A stretch of 63,388 nt of DNA, the filler included, from Octopus bimaculoides (lineage: Eukaryota): assembly GCF_001194135.2 (NCBI RefSeq). It is 11 parts of 11 records of this genome, joined end to end, with 100 filler letters (N's around TTAATTAATTAA, not from the genome) between each part and the next. Parts side by side here need not be neighbours in the genome. Positions count along the whole stretch, not along the records: positions 17,820 to 27,199 come from NC_068996.1; positions 27,300 to 37,299 come from NC_068982.1; positions 37,400 to 43,484 come from NC_068992.1; 8 more parts are not named here. One strand, given 5' to 3'. The notes under the pieces are model-generated. The model worked only from the letters and a program-made list of their open reading frames with translations. It made no database searches and was not told the origin of the DNA. Below, piece by piece: positions 25,911-37,642 of this stretch (its first letter is position 1; each line of letters begins with the position of its first letter). A program made the position numbers and the translations under genes.

Positions 25911-26604
25911 CACATACATACATACATACATACATACATACATACATACACACATATATACATACATATCATGAACTAACTGTTACTTTCTCAGCTGCAG
26001 CAAAGAATTTTTTCTGTGAACAGGTTGCAATTTCAAAGCGATGAAAACATATTGACAAATTAAATTTAAATGTTGAAGTGAATCTAATGGTGTTTGAGTG
26101 TTTTTAAATGGCTTATAAACACCATCCATGCTGCAATTGCTTTTGTTTCAGTACACAACCTCAGATCAAGTACATCTTCATAATATATATATATATATAT
26201 CGACTTTAAATAGAGCTCAAAACTGATCCATTGAAAATACTTTATTATAATAATAATAATAATAATAATGAAAATGACCTATGAACATTTCGATGCAATA
26301 TCCAGAATGATTCATACATATTATAAAATATTATAAAATATAGGATACTCCATCTCCTCAGGGTCTCATTATTATTGTTATTATTATTATTATTATTATT
26401 AGTAATATGCAGCTAATAAAAATAGAAAACATTTAAATCCAATTTTCATAGTTGACCCATGAAAATATACAAAAAGGTATGAGATGATATACAACCGTTC
26501 ATCCTAAAGGTGTAGGGAACAAGCAAATGGTAAATTAATTCAAACATAATGATGGTATACTATGATGGTATATATATATATATATATATGTTTGTGTGTG
26601 TGTG

Positions 26605-26647
<43 letters not shown>

Positions 26648-26773
26648 ATATTTTGGGCTAATGAGTGTATGTTGATTAGTGTGTTAATGTGTTGAGTAAA
26701 GCATAGTTGGGTATATTACCGTTGGATATACTTCAGGAATTCCACAGTATTAGTTGAGATAATAATGATTGAT

Positions 26774-27181
26774 TAAGTAAACAGGAGATGGATTTGGTAT
26801 TAGTTTTTATTTTGTACGACATTTATTTTGACCCATCTACTACTGTCCCTTGTGGATGGGATTCCATACAGTATGTTGTGTTGCTTCAATTTTGCAGTCT
26901 GCGTCACACCGGGTACTTTCATACATAAAGCAGTGTCTCACTAAAGATCTTGTGTTTGGGCGATTGTGTTGTTATTTGCTCGCTCAAGTTAGGGAATGAA
27001 GCATTGCTACAATTGGCATTATTATTTAATGTTCATAAGAAAAATAGTAAATAATTGTAAATATAAACATACACACTGTAGATAAGAAGGAAAGAAAAAA
27101 AGAAAAAAAATTCTAGTAGGACAGGTCGAAACAGTCATCATACAAAATAAAGACTAACACCAAATTCATCTGTCTACTTAA
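26774..27181. mobile_element. Fold-back element with ~70-nt inverted arms, possibly Penelope-derived
   Basis: 26774-26845 (TAAGTAAACAG..TTTGGTATTAGTTTTTATTTTGTACGAC) vs reverse complement of 27112-27181; the right arm begins GGTCGAAACAGTC and contains AATAAA. Confidence 0.6.
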
Positions 27182-27949
27182 TCAATTATCATTATTATTN
27201 NNNNNNNNNNNNNNNNNNNNNNNNNNNNNNNNNNNNNNNNNNNTTAATTAATTAANNNNNNNNNNNNNNNNNNNNNNNNNNNNNNNNNNNNNNNNNNNNC
27301 ACACACAAACTGGTATATATTCATTGCGGCCAGTTTATTGAAGTACATATTTTTTTTTTATATTCACCAAAAATGCTTCACTGCTAGTGGGCGTGCTCTT
27401 CTACACTGACGGAACATGAAAGGATGGGCATGGGCCGAACAAATGTATTCCCATGCTAGAATGGGCAGATTCGAGCGACTGGAATTACTTTCAATCTGGT
27501 GTCTTCACGTGAATTGAGAAGGAGCAGATGCTTTTGTTTTCCTGAACGACAGTGTTACGATTGAGGACCATACCGTTAGATTTCTTTGAAGAGGCAAGCA
27601 ATTTTCTTGTAACTCGTGGAAACAGTTAGTGCAGCGGACACAAGAGAAATGGTCGGCAGAAGTGCTAGTGAACCGGAGGAAACTGCTGGCGATATTTATT
27701 TCGGCTCTTTTACATACTGAGTAAAGAACCGAAACAAATCCTATTGAGGCTTACAAAGTCCTCGGGTCGATTTGTTCGACTAAAGGTGGTGCCCCAGCAT
27801 GGCCGCACTCAAATGACTGAAACAATTGAATGAATAAAAGAATAAAGGATATATATATCTATATATATACGCACACAGACATATACATATATACAGACAC
27901 ACACACAAATACACATACATATATATTTATCTATATATATACATATATA

Positions 27950-28113
27950 CGATGGGCTTCTTTCAGTTTCCGTCTACCAAATCCACTCACAAGGCTTCGG
28001 TCGGCCCGAGGCTATAGTAGAAGACACTTGCCCAAGGTGCTACCCAGTGGGACTGAACCCGGAACCATGTGGTTGGTAAGCAAGCTACTTACCACACAGC
28101 CACTTCTGCGCCT
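27950..28113 (-). mobile_element. SINE family A, head plus CORE-like segment
   Basis: Minus GGCGCAGAAGTGGCTGTGTGGTAAGTAGC..GGGTTCAGTCCC..CCTTGGGCAAGTGTCTTC; CpGs retained. Confidence 0.9.
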
Positions 28114-28561
28114 TTATATATATATATATATATATATATNNNNNNNNNNNNNNNNNNNNNNNNNNNNNNNNNNNNNNNNNNNNNNNNNNNNNNNNNNNNN
28201 NNNNNNNNNNNNNNNNNNNNNNNNNNNNNNNNNNNNNNNNNNNNNNNNNNNNNNNNNNNNNNNNNNNNNNNNNNNNNNNNNNNNNNNNNNNNNNNNNNNN
28301 NNNNNNNNNNNNNNNNNNNNNNNNNNNNNNNNNNNNNNNNNNNNNNNNNNNNNNNNNNNNNNNNNNNNNNNNNNNNNNNNNNNNNNNNNNNNNNNNNNNN
28401 NNNNNNNNNNNNNNNNNNNNNNNNNNNNNNNNNNNNNNNNNNNNNNNNNNNNNNNNNNNNNNNNNNNNNNNNNNNNNNNNNNNNNNNNNNNNNNNNNNNN
28501 NNNNNNNNNNNNNNNNNNNNNNNNNNNNNNNNNNNNNNNNNNNNNNNNNNNNNNNNNNNNN

Positions 28562-28678
28562 GTGCAACAAGGTGGAATAAAGAGTACTCAAATACTCTAA
28601 AAAAAACTGTCCGATGAACGGGAACTTGAAACTCCGAGTATCAGTATTTTGTTATATTTCTGCTGCTTTTAAATAAAG
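28562..28678 (+). mobile_element. Penelope-like terminus with degenerate hammerhead motif
   Basis: CTGT CCGATGA ACG-GGAA-CTT GAAAC TCCGA GTA TCAG at 28607-28644, then a tail ending AAATAAAG. Confidence 0.5.
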
Positions 28679-29380
28679 TATATATATATATATATAAGAG
28701 CTCGTACGATGATATGTGCATGCATGTATGCATGCATATTCATTTATGTGATGTGTATATGCACGATATTCGATATACATATATATATATATATATATAT
28801 ACATATATATACACACACATGATTATATTTGTATTTGTGCATATTATATCTGATTGTGGGCAAAAGAAAAAGCTACAAAAGGAGAGAGTCAGTGAGAGAA
28901 AGGGGGTGAGAGAGAGAACAGCGAAAGTGGCAGAGAAAAGGAAAAGATAACAAAAAATATCAATGAAACGAAAAGTTTTCAAAATATACGAATATTGTAA
29001 AGAGAAAATGAAAATGGTCATTGGAAAGAAGATGAGGTTTGTGTTATAGTAACTGTATGTCTAACACAATAACGATTTCTTACATTGGAATGAAACCTCA
29101 GAAAAGGACGAGAGTGACATAGGATTATGTGACTTTCATTCTTTACTCAGTGAAAGTCGAAATAAAGTGGAAGGGGAAGAGAGAAAGAAATTATAAATAA
29201 ATAAGAAATGGTGTAAGCCTGAAAGAAATATAAAAAGCGAATAAGTGAAACTGGAAAAAAGTGACAAGAAGACGATAATGTAATAAGAATTGGTAGAATG
29301 ATAATAATGGCAGGACTAAGCAACAAGATAAAGATCGGAAACAGCGAGACGGTAAAGCTAAGATGAAGTCGTAAGTAAAG

Positions 29381-29453
29381 TTGGTTTATTGGCTGATTGG
29401 TTAGACAGTAAAGGGGACGGCTTCGAAGAGGAAAAATGGCGTCGCTGGTGAGT
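29381..29453 (+). promoter_or_regulatory. Possible promoter and 12-nt first coding exon (MASL)
   Basis: Two inverted CCAAT boxes (29388, 29396), AAAATGGCG start context at 29436, donor CTG|GTGAGT at 29447/29448; no downstream exon identified. Confidence 0.25.
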
Positions 29454-30044
29454 CGGGAGATGAAGTGGAGGAGCGTTAGCAAAAAAGATGGCATTCATGA
29501 AGAAATCGATTGACAACTGTCTTGGAGAATCCCCAATTTCCTCTATAATTGCCATTTTCAGCCAAAAACATTATCAGATTTCAAGCCTACTGAGTTTGCT
29601 GTAATGACAGATCGACTTATCGTGAATTCAACTTACGCATTCTTAAAACGACCAATCATCGAGCAGAATTCTTGAAAAATAGGCTTTACAGAAAGAAACA
29701 TAGTACCAATGGGATTCTATAAGAATAAAATACTAAAGAATAAAACCTAAAATATAACTAAGAAAATTATAAAGAAATAATGAAATCAATCAATCAATAA
29801 ATAAAACACCTGAGTATAAAAGAAATGGAACAGATATAATAAATCAAAATTTGTTCAATAAATCAAAATTCCAGCAATATCCAAGCGTCTTTCAAATATA
29901 TATTCTCATAACACTTTATTTTACTCAGACGTTCGCATACACGAATGTATTCCCGAACACATAGAAGTGTATGTGATTACATACAACCCTAAATATATGC
30001 ACATTAACCTAGTGAAGTATATCCAATCTTATCTTTTATTTTTC

Positions 30045-30432
30045 ATCTTTTATTTATTTCAGTCATTGGACTGCGGCCATGCAGTGGTACAGCTTTGTGG
30101 GATTTTGTCAAATAACTCGACTCCAGTAATTATTTTTCTTAAAGTCTTATTCTATAGATCTCTTTTTGCCAAATCACTAAGTTACGGGGACTTACGGGGT
30201 CAAACTAATAACGTTTACCAAGTGGTGGTGGGGAACAAACACATATCAGTATACACACATATATATAAATATAGCAAGCTTCTTTTAGTTTCTGTATACC
30301 AAATCCACGGACAAGGCTTTGGGAGTCTATAGGAAAAGACACTCGCCCAAGATGGCACGCAGTGGTATTGGACCTGGAACCTGGAACCTAGAACCATGCG
30401 ATTGGGAAGCAAGCAAGCTCCTTTTCATGCAG
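30045..30432 (-). mobile_element. SINE family A, near full length, diverged
   Basis: Tail, body and head all align by eye with 41287-41680. Confidence 0.8.
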
Positions 30433-31945
30433 TTGCACCTATTATAGGTAGATCTCTTATACAAAATGTTAATAGAAAGCGTGTCCCTTTCATTCTTTAA
30501 CACAGTACCAATATATAAATTGTAGATCTTTATTCATTGCACTTGTATCGACTTTTCTTCATGTTCGATGATTGTTAATTAATGCATTTTCGATTAAACA
30601 TGGTGTCAGACATTGTGGCAAATATATGTTATTGGACTACCAGATCATATATCGACTATTCTTAGTATTTCAAAGTATTTTATTGTATTCCTTAAGTGTA
30701 AAGTCTTCGTCCTTTCTGCTCCATTTCCTCTGGTTGAGAAGAATAAGTTTTAAGACCGACTATGAATGCTTTTTGTGATAATTGACGTCTCATCCAGAAG
30801 GCAGATATTTTTTTAATTCACACCGTTGCATCGAGAGCTAAGTAACTGGTTTCAAATTACGTTTGCTGTTATTTATAAGTATACCTGTCTATTTCCAGAT
30901 ATACATTCGTGCGCCATCAGTATATCCATTTTAACTACTGGGTATGATGGACAGGGAAATGGAATGTGGAATGTATAGAACAACTATTTATCCATCAAAA
31001 AGGAGAAAATATTAAGGATTCTGGAAAAGATATAAGAAACATCGGGAACTAAGCTAAATGTCCTTTGCTTATTCCCTGTTGATAGATAACGAAAGCTTAA
31101 TACAATTAGCAAAACGCTAAAAACTGTTGAATGTTTAGTATAAAAGTTAAGAAATTAGTAATATATTCAATGTAAGGAACATCAAAACGTGAAATAATCA
31201 CGTGGGGAGGAAAAGCAATGTAAGTATGTTTCGTATTTTCATTGTGACGATGTAGATATGCCGAAACAGTGAGAAAAGAACCACTAAGTAAATGTGGAAC
31301 ATTGTTGAATGGTTATCGTAAGAAAATAGGATTCATTAGAGAATAAATGATTCAGAGACGTCATTCGCATGAAAAACAGTAAGTTGATGCTAACATATTT
31401 AATGTAGGGATAATTAAAACGCCAACGCTAGCTTAGCTATTTTACTTCTCGGTAGGTGAGGATAATTTGATAATGTTTCACACTGTATAATATATAAAAG
31501 CCATTTTACATATTACTGCAATGGAAAAGACAAGAAACGGAGTGTCCATTAAACTGGGAAGTTATTGGTATCACATCTGCAGCATCCTTACATTATCTGT
31601 CATAACCTCTAGTTTATTTGTTAGTCGTTCTCCATCTAACTTAGTACTGGGTCAAATATAAGCTGGTTTGGCGATAGCTTCTCTATAACAGCCATTGTCT
31701 TGCAGGTGATGACGTGTCAGAAGACTGCTATGGCAGATAAGAAACTATCCATTAATATTTTTTAATTAGAAAAGCTTCTTACGAGAAAATATAGTAATCT
31801 TTAAAGCCGTACATAATGGAAAAGCCGAAAATTTTTATATTCAGTATTTCAGTTCTCTTTCAAAACATTTATTATTAAAGATATGAATGGCACTGTGTAG
31901 AGAAAGTTACATAATATTCGATCTTCGAATTAACTTCCTCATAAC

Positions 31946-32118
31946 AAGGAAGTGAGCTGGCAGATTCCTTAGTATGCCGGACGCTGAGTGGCATTTCGTC
32001 CGTCTTTCTGTTTTGAGTTCAGATTCCGCCGAGGTCAGTTTTTCCTTTCATCCTTTTGGGGTCGATAAAATAAGTAATCAACTCATCCCTTCCCTGAAAT
32101 TGCTGGTCTTGTGCTAGA
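31946..32118 (+). mobile_element. SINE family B, diverged
   Basis: GAGCTGGCAGA..GAGTTCAGATTCCGCCGAGGTC..CCTTTCATCCTTTTGGGGTCGATAAAATAAGTA. Confidence 0.75.
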
Positions 32119-32577
32119 TATTTTAAACGAATAACAATTCTTTATTTTGGAATTGGTTCTCGAACTACATATAAAACTAAATAATAGCGTGTAAATATTG
32201 GGCTGAAAAACTCTTTTCGAATTGAAAAAGTAGAAAATTGACTGAGGGACTCGAACTCACATTTCCTGTTATGTCTAAGGGAGATATGGGTTCGAGTCCA
32301 ACGAAGTAAGTAGATCTCGGACGGTCTTGACAATGACTTTTCACTTCTTTTATTCACCTAAATTGCCTGCTGACTAAAATAGTGTAAAAAATGGCTGAAT
32401 ATTCCACAGATTCGTGTACCCATAACATACTTGTTTGGGTGCCTCAGTGTGAAACAGTGTGTCAAGGCTGGACCGGACTTGGGACCTCGTTATTACGCAG
32501 CAAGCTTTTCAACCAATGAGTTGTGCTGCATCAGATTCGCACTCTGCACCATAGGCTACGCAATATCTTGTGACCGT

Positions 32578-32795
32578 GAAGGGGGCGAGCTGGCAGAATC
32601 GTTAGCACGCCGGACAAAATGCTTAGTATTTCGTTCGTCTTTACGCTCGGAATTCGAATGCTGCCGAAGTCGACTTTGCCTTTCATCCTTTTAGGGGTCG
32701 ATAAAATAAGTGCCAGTTGAAGTCTGGGGCTGATGTAATCGACTTAGCCCCTTCCGCCAAAATTATTGACCTTTTGCCAAAATTTTAAAACCCAT
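32578..32795 (+). mobile_element. SINE family B
   Basis: GGCGAGCTGGCAGAATCGTTAGCACGCCGG..GTCGACTTTGCCTTTCATCCTTTTAGGGGTCGATAAAATAAGT. Confidence 0.85.
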
Positions 32796-32923
32796 ATTTT
32801 GCATTTGTCAGTCCTCAACAGTTTATCCAAACTAGGGTTTAATGTAGACGCAGCAAATCGAGAAAGATGATACATTGTTCCAGCAACTATGACAAATTCA
32901 TAACAAAATATAATCAAAATATA

Positions 32924-33156
32924 TATTTCTTTATTGCCCACAGGGGGCTAAACCTCGAGAGAACAAACAAGGACAGACAAAGGGGTTAAGTCGAATATAT
33001 CGACTTAATGCGTAACTGGTACTTATTTAATCGACCCCGAAAGGGATGATAGGCAAAGTCGACCTCGGCGGAATTTGAACTCAGAACGTAAAGGCAGACG
33101 AAATACCGCTAAGCATTTCGCCCGGCATCCTAACGATTCTACCAGCTTGCCACCCT
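32924..33156 (-). mobile_element. SINE family B, full length with 17-bp flanking direct repeat
   Basis: AATATAATCAAAATATA at 32907-32923 and 33163-33179; CpGs largely retained. Confidence 0.9.
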
Positions 33157-33429
33157 AATCAGAATATAATCAAAATATAGATGATGACTGCGTACCATAT
33201 GAAAGATGAAGAAGTTGAGAATGAGGAGTAAGAACAGAAAGAGCAGGATGAGGAAGTTATTGGATTGCGACCATGCTGGGGCACGCCATTGAATAGTTTA
33301 CTGGAGCAAATCAACTCTCCTATATGTTTTAAGCCTGGTACACATTCTATCGGTTCCTTTAACTGAACCGCTAGTAAATGAATACGGAAACGAACTAAGA
33401 CCGGTCATCAAGCGAGACACAGACATGCG

Positions 33430-33492
<63 letters not shown>

Positions 33493-33727
33493 NNNNNNNN
33501 NNNNNNNNNNNNNNNNNNNNNNNNNNNNNNNNNNNNNNNNNNNNNNNNNNNNNNNNNNNNNNNNNNNNNNNNNNNNNNNNNNNNNNNNNNNNNNNNNNNN
33601 NNNNNNNNNNNNNNNNNNNNNNNNNNNNNNNNNNNNNNNNNNNNNNNNNNNNNNNNNNNNNNNNNNNNNNNNNNNNNNNNNNNNNNNNNNNNNNNNNNNN
33701 NNNNNNNNNNNNNNNNNNNNNNNNNNN

Positions 33728-33993
33728 TAGTTCTCGGGGATATTCAGCGTGACACAGTGTGACAAGGCTGACACTTTGAATTATAGGTACAACAGAAACA
33801 GGAAGTAAGAGTGAGAGAAAGTTGTGGTGAAAGAAAGAATACAGCAGGGTTCGCCACCATCCCCTGCCGGAGCCTCGTGGAGCTTTCGGTGCTTTCGCTC
33901 AATAAACACTCACAAAACCCGGTCTGGGAATCGAAACCGCAATCCTAAGATTGCGAGTCCGCTGCCCTAACCACTGGGCCATTGCGCCTCCAC
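33728..33993 (-). mobile_element. SINE family C, 5' half
   Basis: Same head as 4087-4203 plus body CCACGAGGCTCCGGCAGGGGATGGTGGCGAACC. Confidence 0.9.
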
Positions 33994-34374
33994 ACACACA
34001 CTGACATATGTAGGTAGAAACACACATACTAGCCATAAATGGGAGTGAGTTCGTAAGACAAACTATTTATCATTGTATTTCATAGCTCCCTTTACAGACC
34101 CTTTCAGCAACACCACCAGCTCCATCAACAACAGGAATAACCGGAATCGCGTCATAAACAATAGCTATGAGCCCTAAATAGAACAATAATGAAGCAGGTC
34201 GGCTGCAGCAGGCAAACTAAATTATTCGGACGTTGACTATAACAATTAAAACACCCCAACAATGGAATGTTACTGTCTCTGTCTCCTGTTTCACAGGCTC
34301 CTTTCCCTTCCCTTCTCACTCCGTTCTTCCCACTACACTGGCTCCCTATTAAGATACAAATAGTTTGCGGTGTT

Positions 34375-34438
<64 letters not shown>

Positions 34439-34575
34439 TGACCGTGTGTGTGTGTGCGCCCGCTTTTTATGCGTGTGTGCGTGGCGGGGCGTATGCATGT
34501 CTATGTGTGTATGAATGTCAATCTCCTCCACAAACGAATGCGTGAAAACTAAGATAGTTATATAGTCATCTATCC

Positions 34576-34630
<55 letters not shown>

Positions 34631-34954
34631 CATCCATCTATCTATCTATCAACAAATCCATGCACACACACACACTCACACACACACTTTGTGAGCATTT
34701 TTATGCGTACATGGATGCAAGTACGTATGTATGTATGTATGTATGTATGTATACTTGCATGCATGTATTTATATACGTACATACAAATTATCGTTCTGAA
34801 TTGGATCCACTTTTCTATAATTGAGTCTTTTCGATAATTCGCTTTCCGTAAAAAGATTTTATCGGTATAACTGAAAATTATTAATATCTGTCTGGCTGTC
34901 TGTCTCGCTGTCTGGCTGCCCGGCTGGCTAGCTGTCCATGCATCCGTCCCTCCA

Positions 34955-35057
<103 letters not shown>

Positions 35058-35212
35058 GTCTATCTATCTATCTACCTATCTATCTAATCCAAATAAAATG
35101 ACAAAGCAACAGTTAATACATCCTTTCTTATTTGAATTAAAATTACAATACATATATATATACACATGCGTGTGTGCGTGTGTGTGTGTATATATATGTG
35201 TGGGCGTTTGTA

Positions 35213-35286
<74 letters not shown>

Positions 35287-35289
35287 GGG

Positions 35290-35470
35290 AAAAAACAAGT
35301 CAGGACGAGTATCTCAGGTCATTTAGAATATTTAATCAGAGTAAGGTGAATCAAAAACTGGAAAAGTAGAAGTAATGTCTTAAAGCTGTTTTTGGGATAT
35401 CCTAGGTGGTGGCTCAAAATCTCCATACATAGGGTTTACCGTCAGCAGAGACAAGGTGAGTATGCAGGAT
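35290..35470 (-). mobile_element. Penelope-like terminus with degenerate hammerhead motif
   Basis: Minus TGTCT CTGCTGA ..long stem.. AAAAC AGCT TTA AGACA: perfect 5-bp stem I, three core or stem III substitutions. Confidence 0.45.
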
Positions 35471-35599
35471 TATTCCAGACAGAGAATTCACTAACATACA
35501 CACATATAACAACATAGATATATACATACACATACATATATACATACATACATATAAATATCTACATACATATATAGACAGAGAGAGTGAGAGAGAAAT

Positions 35600-35850
35600 T
35601 TGATAAGGTAAAGACAGACCAGAGACGTAGATTTATATGGAGCACAAAATACAAATAATGAAATGCGGAAAAATTATGTAATGCGCCTTGTGTATGCATA
35701 TATTCCTATTAATATGGTTATTACGTAACTTCTTGAAACAGCTGTCGAAATAAGACATTGCATTATTTTTCCTTAATTTTCAATTTGCATTTTCTACTCC
35801 ATGGAAATATATGTCTGAAGCCTAGCTTTGCTTATCTACCTTATCTCCAT
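35600..35850. mobile_element. Fold-back remnant with diverged inverted arms
   Basis: Reverse complement of 35600-35690 aligns with 35748-35850 (TTTTTCC..ATTTG.ATTTT.T.CTCCAT..TACCTTATC); the centre has GAAACAGCTGT. Confidence 0.5.
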
Positions 35851-35990
35851 AACATCTCTATTAAGAATGGTCTTATTGTTATTTTCGATGCTGAGGTGCT
35901 GGTCCTGGATGAAGAATTTGGAGTTTAGCTTCAGACTTCACATTCAGTTGTGCACAACTCTGTGATATCAGACTTGACTTGATTTTGCTC

Positions 35991-36083
<93 letters not shown>

Positions 36084-36377
36084 TCCTTAACTAGCCTAAA
36101 TATTTCTACCTCATGTTTATACATTCAAATAAATAATACTATAAAGTACTTTTCCAATTTCCTGTTTGGTTGCGAGTTGGAGCGAACTGCTGCTACCTCT
36201 AGCAGACAGGTATCGACCGTACGGTTTTGTGGTCCTGTCGCTAGGATCTGGTAGGTAGGGATTCGCTCTCCTGCTTGCAATAGATATCGGGTGCAGATTC
36301 CATCGAATAACCAGCTGGAGAAGGCATCTTGCTGGAGTTGAAATATATATATATACTAGCAATGAACCCCGTTACAG

Positions 36378-36617
36378 CACCGAAAGCCGGATATAGTAAC
36401 CTTTAGGAGGGACAAACAAGAGTACCTAATAATTGACATAGCAGTACTAGGTGTTCAGCATATCATCATGAAAGAAAGAGAAAAAGTTGATAAATATGGA
36501 GACCTGAGAACTGAGATTGCTAAGATGTGGCAGATACGAGAGTCGAACGTGAAAGTTATCCCTATTGTCATCGGAGCATTGGGTTCAATGCCACCCAATC
36601 TGAAAAAACATCTGAAA
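36378..36617 (+). mobile_element. RLE-endonuclease LINE fragment
   Basis: HRKPDIVTFRRDKQEYLIIDIAV..KEREKVDKYGDLRTEIAKMW..VIPIVIGALGSMPPNLKKHLK. Confidence 0.85.
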
Positions 36618-36636
36618 ATGATGATGATGATGATGA

Positions 36637-36827
36637 TAATCTTTTCTACTCTAGGCAAAGGCCCAAAATTTGGGGGGAGGGGTCAGTCGATTAGATCGAC
36701 CGCAGTACGCAACCGGTACTTGATTTATCGACCCCGAAAGCAGGAGAGGCAAAGTCGACCTCGGCGGAATTTGAACTAAGAACGCATTTCGCCCACCGTG
36801 CTAACGTTTCTGCCAGTTAGCCGACTT
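36637..36827 (-). mobile_element. SINE family B, internally deleted
   Basis: Plus reads TTTATCGACCCCGAAAG..GTCGACCTCGGCGGAATTTGAAC..GTGCTAACGTTTCTGCCAG. Confidence 0.8.
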
Positions 36828-36852
36828 AATGATAATAATAATAATAATAATG

Positions 36853-37224
36853 CTTTCTAATCGATGTATCAATACCGACAGATGACAACACTTCTCTAAA
36901 AGAAACGGAGAAACTTTCAAAATGCAAAGATCTGGAAGTAGAGGTAACTGGAATGTGGAATCTAAAAACAGAAGCTATTCTTTTTATAGTAGGCTCATTA
37001 GGTATGATTAAAAAATCATTCAGACAAATACACAACAAAAACACCACGTCTTACAAATATATATAAAATACAGAAAATAACACCACTAGGAACCGCACAC
37101 GTCCTACGTAAAATACGTTTAATACAGTGAAAATTAAAGCACCACAATAAACCAGAGCACATACCCAAGGCACACAGAGCTGCGCTTGGTAGTGCAGCAA
37201 AAGCACGTGATAAAAATGAGACTA

Positions 37225-37299
<75 letters not shown>
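36853..37299 (+). mobile_element. RLE-endonuclease LINE 3' end with (AAT)n tail
   Basis: FLIDVSIPTDDNTSLKETEKLSKCKDLEVEVTGMWNLKTEAILFIVGSLGMIKK, then 3' UTR and (AAT)n at 37229-37299. Confidence 0.85.
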
Positions 37300-37399
37300 N
37301 NNNNNNNNNNNNNNNNNNNNNNNNNNNNNNNNNNNNNNNNNNNTTAATTAATTAANNNNNNNNNNNNNNNNNNNNNNNNNNNNNNNNNNNNNNNNNNNN

Positions 37400-37642
37400 G
37401 TGCCTGAGCACTCCACAGACACGTGTACTCTTAACGTAGGCACAATAGAAACAGGAAGAAAGAGTGAGAGAAATTTGTGGTGAAAGAGTACAGCAAAGTT
37501 CGCCACCATCCCCTGCCGGAGCCTCGTGGAGCTCTAGGTGTTTTCGCTCAATAAACATTCACAACGCCCGGTCTGGGAATCGAAACCGCGATCCTATGAC
37601 CGCGAGTCCACTGCTCTAACCACTGGGCCATTGCGCCTACAC
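37400..37642 (-). mobile_element. SINE family C, 5' half with internal deletion
   Basis: Same head and body as 33728-33993. Confidence 0.9.

Noticed and set aside
30899-30941. 43-nt exon-like segment as second exon of the 29436 candidate
   Set aside because: Frame 0, which the phase-0 donor requires, contains a stop
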